Assembly (NCBI GenBank): GCA_964350235.1
Contig: CAYGKI010000002.1
Location: 5,974 to 31,426 of the forward strand
Direction: 5' to 3'
From: an uncultured Gemmatimonadaceae bacterium
GTDB taxonomy: Bacteria; Gemmatimonadota; Gemmatimonadetes; Longimicrobiales; Gaopeijiaceae
Length of the DNA stretch: 25,453 nucleotides
The stretch's first letter is position 1. Each line of letters opens with the position of its first letter. The translations under genes and the position numbers were made by a program. Below are positions 1 through 7,278 of the stretch, one piece after another. The notes under the pieces were generated by a model, which searched no databases, was not told the DNA's origin, and saw nothing but the letters and a program-made list of their open reading frames with translations.

Positions 1-1401
1 CTCGTGCAGATACTCACCCACCCCGTCGCCGAGCACCTGTAGGACCCTCCGTCCCACGCACCAGTACATCTCCTCGGTGGCCGCCCGCGACGTGATGTCC
101 ATGTAGCCCAGGTTGAAGAGGCTCATGGCCTCTTCGAAGGCGTGCGCGGCGTCGTTGAAGAGCTCGAGGGGATCCAGCTCCTCCGGGTCGGCGGAGTCCA
201 TGCGCTGGTAGGCGTCGAGGATGTCGCGCAGCGGCTGGGGAACGGTCTCCGCCGCCATCGCCCGCTCCATGAGCTTCTCGTTGGGGGTCTCGGGAAGGCG
301 CCTGGTGGCCACCGCCTCGCAGATGATGGCCGTGCAGTGGCTGACCAACGCCCGACCCGACTCGGAGAAGATGTGCGGGGGCCGGATCTCGGCATCGTCG
401 CAGATGGCCTTGATCCGGTGCACCACGTCCAGGGCGTACTGCTCGACGGTGTAGTTCGAGGAAGCGGGGCTCGCCGACTGGGTCCCGTCGTAGTCGACGC
501 CCAGACCTCCACCCAGGTCGAGCATCCCCATGGGCGCACCCTGCTTCACCAGCTCCGCGTAGAGGTGCGTGACCTCGCTCACCGCGTACTTCACGGTACG
601 GATGTCGTAGATCTGGGACCCGATGTGACAGTGCAGGAGTCGCAGCGAGTCCAGAAGATCGTGCTCCTTGAGATAGTCCACCGCCTGGAGGACCTCGCTC
701 ACCGACAGCCCGAACTTGCCCCGCAGGCCGGACGACGTGGCCCAGCGCCCGATGCCACCGGCACCCAGACGCGCCCGTATTCCGATGTTCGGCCGAACCT
801 TGTGAGCCTTCGCCTGCTTGGCGATGAGCTCGAGCTCGTGGAACTGCTCCACCACCGGGATGACGTTGCGCCCCATCTTCGCCGCGAGGATCACGGTCTC
901 GATGAACTCGTCGTCCTTGAAGCCGTTGCACACCAGGGGCATGGAGTTACGGCCCACGGTGAGGGCGAGACCGGCCAGCAGCTCCGGCTTGGACCCCACC
1001 TCGATCCCGAAGTCCAGTTCCCCGGCGAAGCGCACCACCGCCTCGCACAGCTGCCGCTGCTGGTTCACCTTGATGGGATACACGCAGGAGTAGCGGTTGC
1101 CGTACCCGGTCTCCTCGATGGCCGTGGCGAAGGCGTCCCTCAACTGGGTCATCCGGTGACGCAGAAGGTCCGGGAAGCGCAGGACCACCGGGGCCGTAAG
1201 ACCTCGGGTCTCCAGGCCCTCGATGATCTCCAGGAGATCGAGGGAAGGCCCGTCTGGCCCGCTGGGCCGGACGGTCAGCGTGCCTGAGCTGGAGATGCCG
1301 AGGTAGCCGTCGCCCCACTCCTCGAACCTGTAGGTCTGGGCTGCGTCGGCGGTGGTCCATTCCGTGGACCGTTCCGGCATGGCGGTGGCCACTTCACTCA
1401 T
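1..1401 (-). CDS. speA: Biosynthetic arginine decarboxylase (PLP-dependent, fold type III); 3' part lies outside the window
   Basis: Absent from the ORF track because it runs off the edge. Manual translation from ATG 1401 gives MSEVATAMPERSTEWTTADAAQTYRFEEWGDGYLGISSSG...LRFPDLL...YPIKVNQQR (PLP lysine)...GSKPELLAGL...CNGFKDDEF...KFGLS...LLHCHIGSQI...DLGGGLGVDYDG...LFNLGYMD, still open at position 1. GAGG lies upstream of the ATG; alternative in-frame ATG at 1380. Confidence 0.95.
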   Translation of the reverse strand, partial: MSEVATAMPERSTEWTTADAAQTYRFEEWGDGYLGISSSGTLTVRPSGPDGPSLDLLEIIEGLETRGLTAPVVLRFPDLLRHRMTQLRDAFATAIEETGYGNRYSCVYPIKVNQQRQLCEAVVRFAGELDFGIEVGSKPELLAGLALTVGRNSMPLVCNGFKDDEFIETVILAAKMGRNVIPVVEQFHELELIAKQAKAHKVRPNIGIRARLGAGGIGRWATSSGLRGKFGLSVSEVLQAVDYLKEHDLLDSLRLLHCHIGSQIYDIRTVKYAVSEVTHLYAELVKQGAPMGMLDLGGGLGVDYDGTQSASPASSNYTVEQYALDVVHRIKAICDDAEIRPPHIFSESGRALVSHCTAIICEAVATRRLPETPNEKLMERAMAAETVPQPLRDILDAYQRMDSADPEELDPLELFNDAAHAFEEAMSLFNLGYMDITSRAATEEMYWCVGRRVLQVLGDGVGEYLHE

Positions 1402-1522
1402 CGCTCATCCTCGCGCGGTGGGGCCTGGACCGGACCGGCTGGCGGCCCGGGGAGGCGCTCCTCGATATCGTGGAGACCAATATCGCATCCGGCGACCGGA
1501 CGTGTAATGCCACCGGTCCGCG

Positions 1523-1560
1523 AAAAGCCCCCCGACCCCGCTAGGGAGGGGCCGGAGGGC
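1523..1560 (-). terminator. Putative intrinsic terminator on the minus strand
   Basis: RNA gcccuccggcccc-ucccuagc-ggggucggggggc-UUUU: 13-bp stem (1560-1548 with 1539-1527), 8-nt loop, U4 at 1526-1523. Two G-U pairs would be C-A mismatches on the plus strand, favouring the minus strand. The U-tract is short. Confidence 0.6.
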
Positions 1561-1684
1561 GAAGGCGGCATCGCACGGAGCGACCCGCCTGCCAGCCCGC
1601 GGCCCCATGGGCCTGAGGGCGGCGCCTCGCGAGGATCCGCCGTCAGCCCACGGCCACGCCCTCACGATGTCGGAAACATGCTAC
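1523..1684 (-). ncRNA. Candidate ~160-nt structured RNA (sRNA or attenuated speA leader) divergent from the oxyR-like gene
   Basis: Bounded by a predicted promoter (1691-1720) and terminator (1523-1560), with additional hairpins at 1608-1650 and 1563-1590. No known family recognised; the 5' end is inferred from the -10 position. Confidence 0.35.
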
Positions 1685-1690
1685 GACCGG

Positions 1691-1720
1691 AGTGTAGCAC
1701 GTACCGTCATAGGCAGCCAA
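1691..1720 (-). promoter_or_regulatory. Putative sigma70 promoter (extended -10) firing toward speA
   Basis: Minus strand reads TTGGCT (1720-1715), 18-nt spacer, TGnTACACT (TG 1699-1698, TACACT 1696-1691). Confidence 0.55.
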
Positions 1721-1756
1721 TATCAATATCCGATCTATTCCATAGACCTAGCATAT
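1709..1756. promoter_or_regulatory. OxyR/LTTR-type operator overlapping the divergent promoter and the regulator's own start codon
   Basis: AT-rich island reading ATAG-N7-ATAT-N7-CGAT-N7-ATAG-N7-ATAT (1709, 1720, 1731, 1742, 1753). It has 11-bp periodicity, contains T-N11-A boxes, and resembles the OxyR consensus ATAG-N7-CTAT-N7-ATAG-N7-CTAT. Confidence 0.65.
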
Positions 1757-2660
1757 GGATCTCCGCCAGCTGCGCTACTTCGTGGCCGTGGCCGAAGCAG
1801 GAACCATGACCCGGGCGGCCGAACGGTGTCATGTGGCCCAACCCTCCCTCAGCCAGCAGATCGGCAAGCTGGAGCAAGGACTGGGCGTGGCCCTGTTCGA
1901 TCGGCTTGCAAGGGGCGTGGCGCTCACCCCCGCCGGTCACGCGCTGCTTCCCAGAGCCCGGCGTATGCTGGCGGACGCCGAGGAGATCCGTGCCCGCATC
2001 GCGGACGACGTCTCCGATGGCGCGGGGCGATTCGCCGTGGGCGCCATTCCCACCATCGCGCCGTACACCCTCCACCGCGTGCTTCCCCGGCTCAAGGCCG
2101 AATTCCCGCGCGCGGAGATCACCATCCGTGAGGACCTCACGGACATGGTGGCGGAGGCGGTGGAGGACAACCAGCTCGACCTGGCCGTCACCAGCACACC
2201 CATTCGGCGGGACCTCCTGGAAGTGGAGGTGCTCGCGTCCGAGCCTCTGATGCTCGTCCTCCCCGCCGGGCACCCTCTGGGAGAAGCCCCGGCGGTGAAC
2301 CCAGCGGATGTGCGCGACGAGCCCACCATCATCCTTAACGCCATGCACTGCCTGGGAGAGCAGATCCAGGGGTTCTGCGCCCGCTCCGGGATGGCACGGA
2401 GGATCGTCTGCGAGGGGACCCAGCTCGGGACCGTGCTCGAGCTGGTCTCGGCCGGCATGGGCGTTTCCCTCGTGCCACGAATGACCGCCCGCCAGGACTC
2501 CTCTCCGTCGCGCCGCTACCTGCCCTTCCGTGGAGAGGCAGGGCAACGGGACATCGCGCTCATTCGACGCCGCGATCGCTCCGTGTCCAGGGTGGCCCGC
2601 CGCTTCTCCGAGCTGTTGAGGGAGGTCCTCATGGACCCCCCGGACCCAGGCATCGCCTAG
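1755..2660 (+). CDS. oxyR: LysR-family regulator, OxyR (H2O2-sensing) type
   Basis: N-terminal HTH MDLRQLRYFVAVAE...AAERCHVAQPSLSQQIGKLE; GAIPTIAPY; redox motif HCLGEQIQGFC, whose cysteines (codons at 2349 and 2376) fall at residues 199 and 208, as in E. coli OxyR (HCLRDQAMGFC). Confidence 0.85.
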   Translation: MDLRQLRYFVAVAEAGTMTRAAERCHVAQPSLSQQIGKLEQGLGVALFDRLARGVALTPAGHALLPRARRMLADAEEIRARIADDVSDGAGRFAVGAIPTIAPYTLHRVLPRLKAEFPRAEITIREDLTDMVAEAVEDNQLDLAVTSTPIRRDLLEVEVLASEPLMLVLPAGHPLGEAPAVNPADVRDEPTIILNAMHCLGEQIQGFCARSGMARRIVCEGTQLGTVLELVSAGMGVSLVPRMTARQDSSPSRRYLPFRGEAGQRDIALIRRRDRSVSRVARRFSELLREVLMDPPDPGIA

Positions 2661-2679
2661 GCACGCTCCGCGGCGCCTG

Positions 2680-3435
2680 CTAGACCTCGCCGGACGAGAC
2701 CCGCCTGAACACCTCGAGCACGGCCGCCAGCTGCACGGGCGAGGCCTTCACCCACTCGGCCCAGGCCTCGGGTCGATCCTCGGCACGCTCCAGGAGGGCC
2801 TCCACAACGCGCTCGAGGAGATCGAGGACGGCGGGCGCCGCGAGGTTCAGCTTGGGCCAGAGCTCGGCGACCACGTCCAGGGTCTCGCGACTTCGACGAA
2901 AGAGGTCTCCCAGCTCCTGGTCGGTGAAGAACGGTCCCCGGGCGGCGGCGGTCAGGCACCGCCCGAGAAGCTCCACGACATCGTCGTCGAGCTTCCGACG
3001 CAGGATCTTCTCCGACCGGAACTCCAGCACCCGCCCCAGAAAGGTCATCAGCGGATAGACCGCCTCGCCGAGGTGATCCAGGATCACCGGCGGCGCGTCC
3101 CGGGGATAGAGATAGAGTCGGTCCCAGTGCTCGTCCTTCTGGCCGACCTTCTCGGACATCTCCGGCGTGATCCAGTCGTACCCCACCAGGTCCTCGAAGC
3201 GCACGAGATCCAGCCCCCGATCCGCGAGGGCCCGCTGGATACGCCTGGGCGTGACCACCAGCTCGGCACCGTCGGTGGCATGGATCCGTGCCACCGCCCC
3301 GGCGCCCGCCAGGACGTCCTCCTCGCCCAGCGGGCTCCTCGCCACGAGCTCGGCGTTGAGCCGGGGACGCTTGACCTGCGCCTCCTGGAAGATCTCCATG
3401 AGCTGCTCGGTGAGCAGCCAATCCACCATCGTCAT
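2680..3435 (-). CDS. Hypothetical protein (~251 aa)
   Basis: C-terminal part of track ORF 2680..4386 looks like a globular protein from ATG 3435 (MTMVDWLLTEQLMEIF...; alternative ATG 3429) with AGG upstream. The earlier part of the ORF is the antisense shadow of the 3586..4254 gene. Confidence 0.75.
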   Translation of the reverse strand: MTMVDWLLTEQLMEIFQEAQVKRPRLNAELVARSPLGEEDVLAGAGAVARIHATDGAELVVTPRRIQRALADRGLDLVRFEDLVGYDWITPEMSEKVGQKDEHWDRLYLYPRDAPPVILDHLGEAVYPLMTFLGRVLEFRSEKILRRKLDDDVVELLGRCLTAAARGPFFTDQELGDLFRRSRETLDVVAELWPKLNLAAPAVLDLLERVVEALLERAEDRPEAWAEWVKASPVQLAAVLEVFRRVSSGEV

Positions 3436-3585
3436 CCTGCGTTGTCCCCTGGCATGAGGTCGCACACGAAGGTCCCGCCCACCGCCCCCTCTGGACCCTG
3501 GGCCGTCACGAAGGAGCCTTCCCGATCGTAGGAATAGCGGAGGTTCGACACCTCCGGGACGCGGCTCGAGCGGAGGCACGCCGAA

Positions 3586-4254
3586 GTGGGAAAGATAACG
3601 TATCGCCAGGACTTCCCGATCTTCGTGACGGCCCTGGGAACTGCCCTTTCGTCCCTGCTCTGCGTGGCGATCCCAGGTAGCGCCGCGGCCCAGTCCGTGG
3701 ATGTGGACCTGGCCTTGGAGCAGGCCGTCACCACCGTGGATGACATGGGCACACCCACGGGGTACCGCGTGGGGATAGCCATCCCCCGTCTCCTGGGCGC
3801 CGTGGGTCTGGAGGTGAGCTACCGGACGGTCAGGGAGCACCTGGGAGAGCAGGCCCTCCGCTGCGGCTTCGACATGTGCACGCCCGGTCCCTTCGACACG
3901 GCCATGCGTATGCGGGCGGTGGCCATGGGCCTGGGCTGGTCCATGATGCTCAACCCGTTCGTGGAGATGTCCACGGGCGTGACGGCTTCGGTGAACTGGC
4001 AGGACCACGAGTACCGTCCGGGACCGGGCGCCGACCAGGAGCTCGACGCCTTCGGGACCGAGACGACCGGGCCCGACGCGGGGTTGGGCGTCTTCGCGTC
4101 CTGGCGCTTTCCACCCCTCCTCTCCGTCCTCAGTCCCTTCCTGTTCACACGTGCCGAGTGGGTCCGGGCCGGGGCATGCCCTGCCGATGCCGCCTGCTTC
4201 GGTCATCGGTACGTGGGGAGCGCCGGGATCGGGATGTACGCCCGGATTCCCTGA
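3586..4254 (+). CDS. Secreted protein, probably a small outer-membrane beta-barrel
   Basis: Signal-peptide-like segment (...ALGTALSSLLCVAIPGSAAA-QSV), alternating amphipathic strands (GLEVSYR, VEMSTGVTASVNW, LGVFASWRF, GIGMYARIP) and two short Cys-Cys loops. Start uncertain (GTG 3586 or GTG 3625). Confidence 0.7.
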   Translation: MGKITYRQDFPIFVTALGTALSSLLCVAIPGSAAAQSVDVDLALEQAVTTVDDMGTPTGYRVGIAIPRLLGAVGLEVSYRTVREHLGEQALRCGFDMCTPGPFDTAMRMRAVAMGLGWSMMLNPFVEMSTGVTASVNWQDHEYRPGPGADQELDAFGTETTGPDAGLGVFASWRFPPLLSVLSPFLFTRAEWVRAGACPADAACFGHRYVGSAGIGMYARIP

Positions 4255-4262
4255 CACGGATG

Positions 4263-4297
4263 CCGCCCTCCGGCCTCGCCGCGAGGCCGGAGGGCGG
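4263..4297. terminator. Perfect 16-bp GC hairpin between convergent genes; probable bidirectional terminator or 3' stabiliser
   Basis: ccgccctccggcctcg (4263-4278), ccg loop, cgaggccggagggcgg (4282-4297), between the stops at 4254 (+) and 4313 (-). No U-tract on either side. Confidence 0.6.
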
Positions 4298-4312
4298 ACG
4301 GACCCGGTCCGG

Positions 4313-4789
4313 TCAGACCGGCGGAAGCTCCACGTGCACGTGCACGGCGGTGGTGACGAAGTCCGCGTGCCCGCTGCCCACGGCACCGTGCATCAGGCTG
4401 AAGACGGCTTCGGTCTCACCTTCCGCCACCCCGTGGAGGTGCCCTCCGAACTCTCCGGGCGTGTCCTGCTCGAACTCGGCGATGTCCTCGTCCGTGATCT
4501 CCACCTGGAGGTACACGTCGTCGTCGAGCGTGATCTCGTCTCCGTCCTCGTCGACGAACCGGACGTCGATGTGCGCCGTCTCCTCGCCCACCTCCACCTC
4601 CAGCTCACCAGTCCAGCCGGTGTCGGCGTCGTACGAGGCGATGGTCACCCCGTTGAGCACCAGCTCGACGCCGTGGGGATCGGCGTGGTCATCCAGGCCT
4701 ACGGGGTCGTTGCCACACGCGCCGAGCGCGACGGAGCCGGCCAGGGCGAGCGCCACGAGGGGGCTGCGGCCGAAAGCTTTCTTGTTCAT
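4313..4789 (-). CDS. His/acid-rich lipoprotein, probable metal-binding partner of the TonB-dependent receptor
   Basis: ATG 4789 preceded by GAGAGGTG; MNKKAFGRSPLVALALAGSVA-LGAC lipobox; 158 aa with 9 His (DDHADPH, GGHLHG, MHG, GHADF, VHVH) and about one quarter Asp/Glu in the mature part. Confidence 0.85.
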   Translation of the reverse strand: MNKKAFGRSPLVALALAGSVALGACGNDPVGLDDHADPHGVELVLNGVTIASYDADTGWTGELEVEVGEETAHIDVRFVDEDGDEITLDDDVYLQVEITDEDIAEFEQDTPGEFGGHLHGVAEGETEAVFSLMHGAVGSGHADFVTTAVHVHVELPPV

Positions 4790-4867
4790 GGGTCCACCTC
4801 TCGTTGATTGCATGGTTGTCGGTGTGGCCACCTGAGTGGGGTCGCGTCGAGCCCCGGCGGCCGGTGC

Positions 4868-7138
4868 TCAGAACACGACGCGGTAGGTCAGACTCAATCC
4901 ACGGCCCGCCTCGGGCATGATGTCCTTCACCCGGGACAGGTGGTTGCGGTACGTACGGTCGGTCAGGTTGTCCCCGCTCAGCGTCAGGGTGTGGAGCCGG
5001 CCCGCCACCGTGAGGCGCACCCCCGCCGAGGCGTCGAGCACCACGTATCCGGGCGTCTCCGTCTCGAACTCGTCCACGCGATCCTGCCGCGCGGCGAGCA
5101 CCGTCTCCACACGGGCGAACCACGCGGGACGCTCGTACTCGGTGCCCAGACGGGCCTGAAGGGGAGGAATCAGGGGCAGCGGCGTGTCGTCACCGTCGCG
5201 CTGGCCCCTGACGTAGGACGCGGTTCCGTGCAGGGTGACGTCGCCGGCCACGGTCCAGTCGAGCCGGCCCTCGAAGCCGGTGAGTACGGCGTCGTCCCCA
5301 CGGAACTGGTAGATAGGGAGGCGAACCTGGCTCGTATCCCCGGTCTCCGCCGGATAGATGTAGCCCGAGATGGCGTTCCGAAAGCCGGTGAGCTCGGCGG
5401 ACACCCGTTCCCGCTCCAATCGGACGAACACGTCCACACCCGTGCCGACTTCATTGTCCAGATCCGGATTGCCCACCTCGAACGCGTATGCCGCCAGGTG
5501 CGGCCCCTCGGAGTACAGCTCGTTCACGTCCGGGGTGCGGAACGCCCGGGACACGCTCACCCCTGTGATGAGACCCGCCGGGAGGCGGTACAACAGGCCC
5601 AGGGACCCCGACGCCGCGTGGAAGGTGCGGTCGCGGATGTCCCCGATCTCCGAGTCCGGATCGTCCTGGAGCGGGTCCGCTCGGGTCCAGTCGTAGCGCA
5701 GCCCCGCTTCCACCAGCAGCGGATCCAGGTCGATCTCCTCGAACACGTAGCCGGCGAGAGACAACCGGCGCGTGTCGGGGGTGGAGAGCCCTCCGGCGAA
5801 GGTGAACTGCTCCAGAGAGGCCCGGGCTCCCACGGCGCCGTTGGTGAACGGCCCCCAACCTTCGTGGCGGGCCACGACATCCCCGCTGCTGGTCTGGAGC
5901 TTGAAGAAGGTGCCGATGATGTCCGGCGGCTCGATCTCCAGGTGACGGTACCATGTGTAGCTGCCGTCGAGATCCAGGGAGCGGAACGGCCCCCACTGAC
6001 CCTCCACCCGGCCATCCACCTTCGTGGCCATCCGCCTCATCTCCACCCGGACCCCGTCCTCGTGCCCACCCACGAAGCCGCCTGGAATGCCGTAGTCGTT
6101 CTCCATGGCCCTGAACGCCACACCCAGATAGCCCTGATCTCCCACCCACGCCGTTCCGGCTCCGACATTCCACGTGTCGACACCGGTGTTCTCCAGGACA
6201 CCCGCCGGCGTGCGCAGGTCGCCGGCCGTGCGCCCACCGGCCTCCAAACGCACGGGAACGCGGTCGGTGAGCGCTGCGCGGACGTGACCGCTGGCGCTCA
6301 CCGCGTCCATGACGCTCTGTCCCTGCAGCGTCACCGATCCCGTGGGGTGGTGCGGGACGTCCGACGGCACCTCGTCCCGAATGACGTTCACCACGCCGCC
6401 GAGCGCGTTGCTCCCGTACAGGATGGCGGCTGGCCCACGCACGACCTCGATTCGCCGAGCGGATCCCGCGTCCAGGGCGGATGCGTGGTCCGAGCTGGAG
6501 CTGGACATGTCACCGCTCCGCACCCCGTCCTCGAGCATGAGGACCCGGTCACCCGAGAGGCCCCGGATGACCGGACGGGCGGTGGCCGGCCCCATGCTGG
6601 TCACTGCCACGCCGGGCTCGGAGGCCAGCGTGGCCGCCACCGTCCCCTGCAGTCGGCGCTGCAGATCCTGGCCGCGCAGCACGTTCACCGGCCGGAGCGC
6701 TTCGGCGGCCGTCCGCTCGCTCAAGGCCCCCGTCACCACCAACCCTCCCACGTCCAGGGGCGACGCCGTCAGCTCGATGACGACCAAGGCTCCGTCCGCC
6801 GAGGTGGAGACCTGGAGCGTCTCGGTCCCGTACCCGAGGCGCTCCACGCGCAGGGTATGCGTTCCGGCTTCCAGTCCGGATAGGTGGAACGAGCCGTCTC
6901 CGTGTGTGGTGGCGGCAGGCCGCGCACCGACAACCGAGACCAGGACGCCGGCCAGTGGAGCGCCCGTCTCCGCGTCCCTCACCACACCTTCGACCTCACC
7001 GGCGTGCTCCGGTACAGCCTGAGCGGACAGACTGGTCGGCTGGACGGCGGCCGCGAGACCGGCCACCGCCGCGAGGACCCGTAGCTTCCTGATCACGAGT
7101 CCGTGTGCGCGGCTAAGATGCATCATCGTTGACGCCAT
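4868..7138 (-). CDS. TonB-dependent receptor, ZnuD-like (Zn/Ni/Co-type metal uptake), with N-terminal carboxypeptidase-regulatory-like domain
   Basis: Signal peptide; VEGVVRDAETGAPLAGVLV domain; TonB-box-like VVVTG; plug RPVIRGLSGDRVLMLEDG...SDHASALD...RIEVVRGPAAILYGSNALGGVVNVI; GPHLAAYAFEVGNPDL; C-terminal NLTDRTYRNHLS...GRGLSLTYRVVF. Start uncertain (7138, 7126/7123 or GTG 7096). Substrate is inferred. Confidence 0.9.
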   Translation of the reverse strand: MASTMMHLSRAHGLVIRKLRVLAAVAGLAAAVQPTSLSAQAVPEHAGEVEGVVRDAETGAPLAGVLVSVVGARPAATTHGDGSFHLSGLEAGTHTLRVERLGYGTETLQVSTSADGALVVIELTASPLDVGGLVVTGALSERTAAEALRPVNVLRGQDLQRRLQGTVAATLASEPGVAVTSMGPATARPVIRGLSGDRVLMLEDGVRSGDMSSSSSDHASALDAGSARRIEVVRGPAAILYGSNALGGVVNVIRDEVPSDVPHHPTGSVTLQGQSVMDAVSASGHVRAALTDRVPVRLEAGGRTAGDLRTPAGVLENTGVDTWNVGAGTAWVGDQGYLGVAFRAMENDYGIPGGFVGGHEDGVRVEMRRMATKVDGRVEGQWGPFRSLDLDGSYTWYRHLEIEPPDIIGTFFKLQTSSGDVVARHEGWGPFTNGAVGARASLEQFTFAGGLSTPDTRRLSLAGYVFEEIDLDPLLVEAGLRYDWTRADPLQDDPDSEIGDIRDRTFHAASGSLGLLYRLPAGLITGVSVSRAFRTPDVNELYSEGPHLAAYAFEVGNPDLDNEVGTGVDVFVRLERERVSAELTGFRNAISGYIYPAETGDTSQVRLPIYQFRGDDAVLTGFEGRLDWTVAGDVTLHGTASYVRGQRDGDDTPLPLIPPLQARLGTEYERPAWFARVETVLAARQDRVDEFETETPGYVVLDASAGVRLTVAGRLHTLTLSGDNLTDRTYRNHLSRVKDIMPEAGRGLSLTYRVVF

Positions 7139-7278
7139 GGATGAGATGGGAGGTCCGGTGCGGACCCGACGCCCACGGCTGGCGCGGCATCGGGGAACAA
7201 CGGCACTCCTCGGCTGCCGAGGAGTGGCCGGACCTGGGGTGCTAGGGAGATCCCGTGGGCGGAATGCCCACGAAGGCG
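7139..7278 (-). promoter_or_regulatory. Structured 140-nt spacer between the RAPP leader ORF and the receptor
   Basis: Perfect 10-bp hairpin 7204-7226; 7-bp hairpin 7254-7272; long-range inverted repeats 7170-7178/7253-7261 and 7151-7158/7228-7235; C-rich 3' end with no Shine-Dalgarno. Confidence 0.5.

Noticed and set aside
142-1287. 381-aa plus-strand ORF and the 305-aa minus ORF 14..931
   Set aside because: Shadow and off-frame products of speA, whose real frame was omitted from the track because it has no stop in the window.
1405-1665. 86-aa Arg-rich ORF ending 3 nt before speA, as an arginine-sensing leader peptide
   Set aside because: About 19% Arg is ordinary for off-frame GC-rich sequence, the Arg codons are dispersed, there is no SD, and it crosses the predicted terminator. 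Not excluded, but unsupported.
3538-3556. cggagg-TTCGACA-cctccg, resembling a tRNA T-arm
   Set aside because: No matching acceptor stem, D arm, anticodon arm or CCA at the right spacing on either strand; treated as an ordinary hairpin in a divergent promoter region.
3436-4386. N-terminal 317 aa of track ORF 2680..4386
   Set aside because: Overlaps the real plus-strand gene 3586..4254 and the lipoprotein; protein-like sequence begins only at ATG 3435.
4808-6883. 691-aa plus-strand ORF
   Set aside because: Antisense shadow of the TonB-dependent receptor; no recognisable domain.
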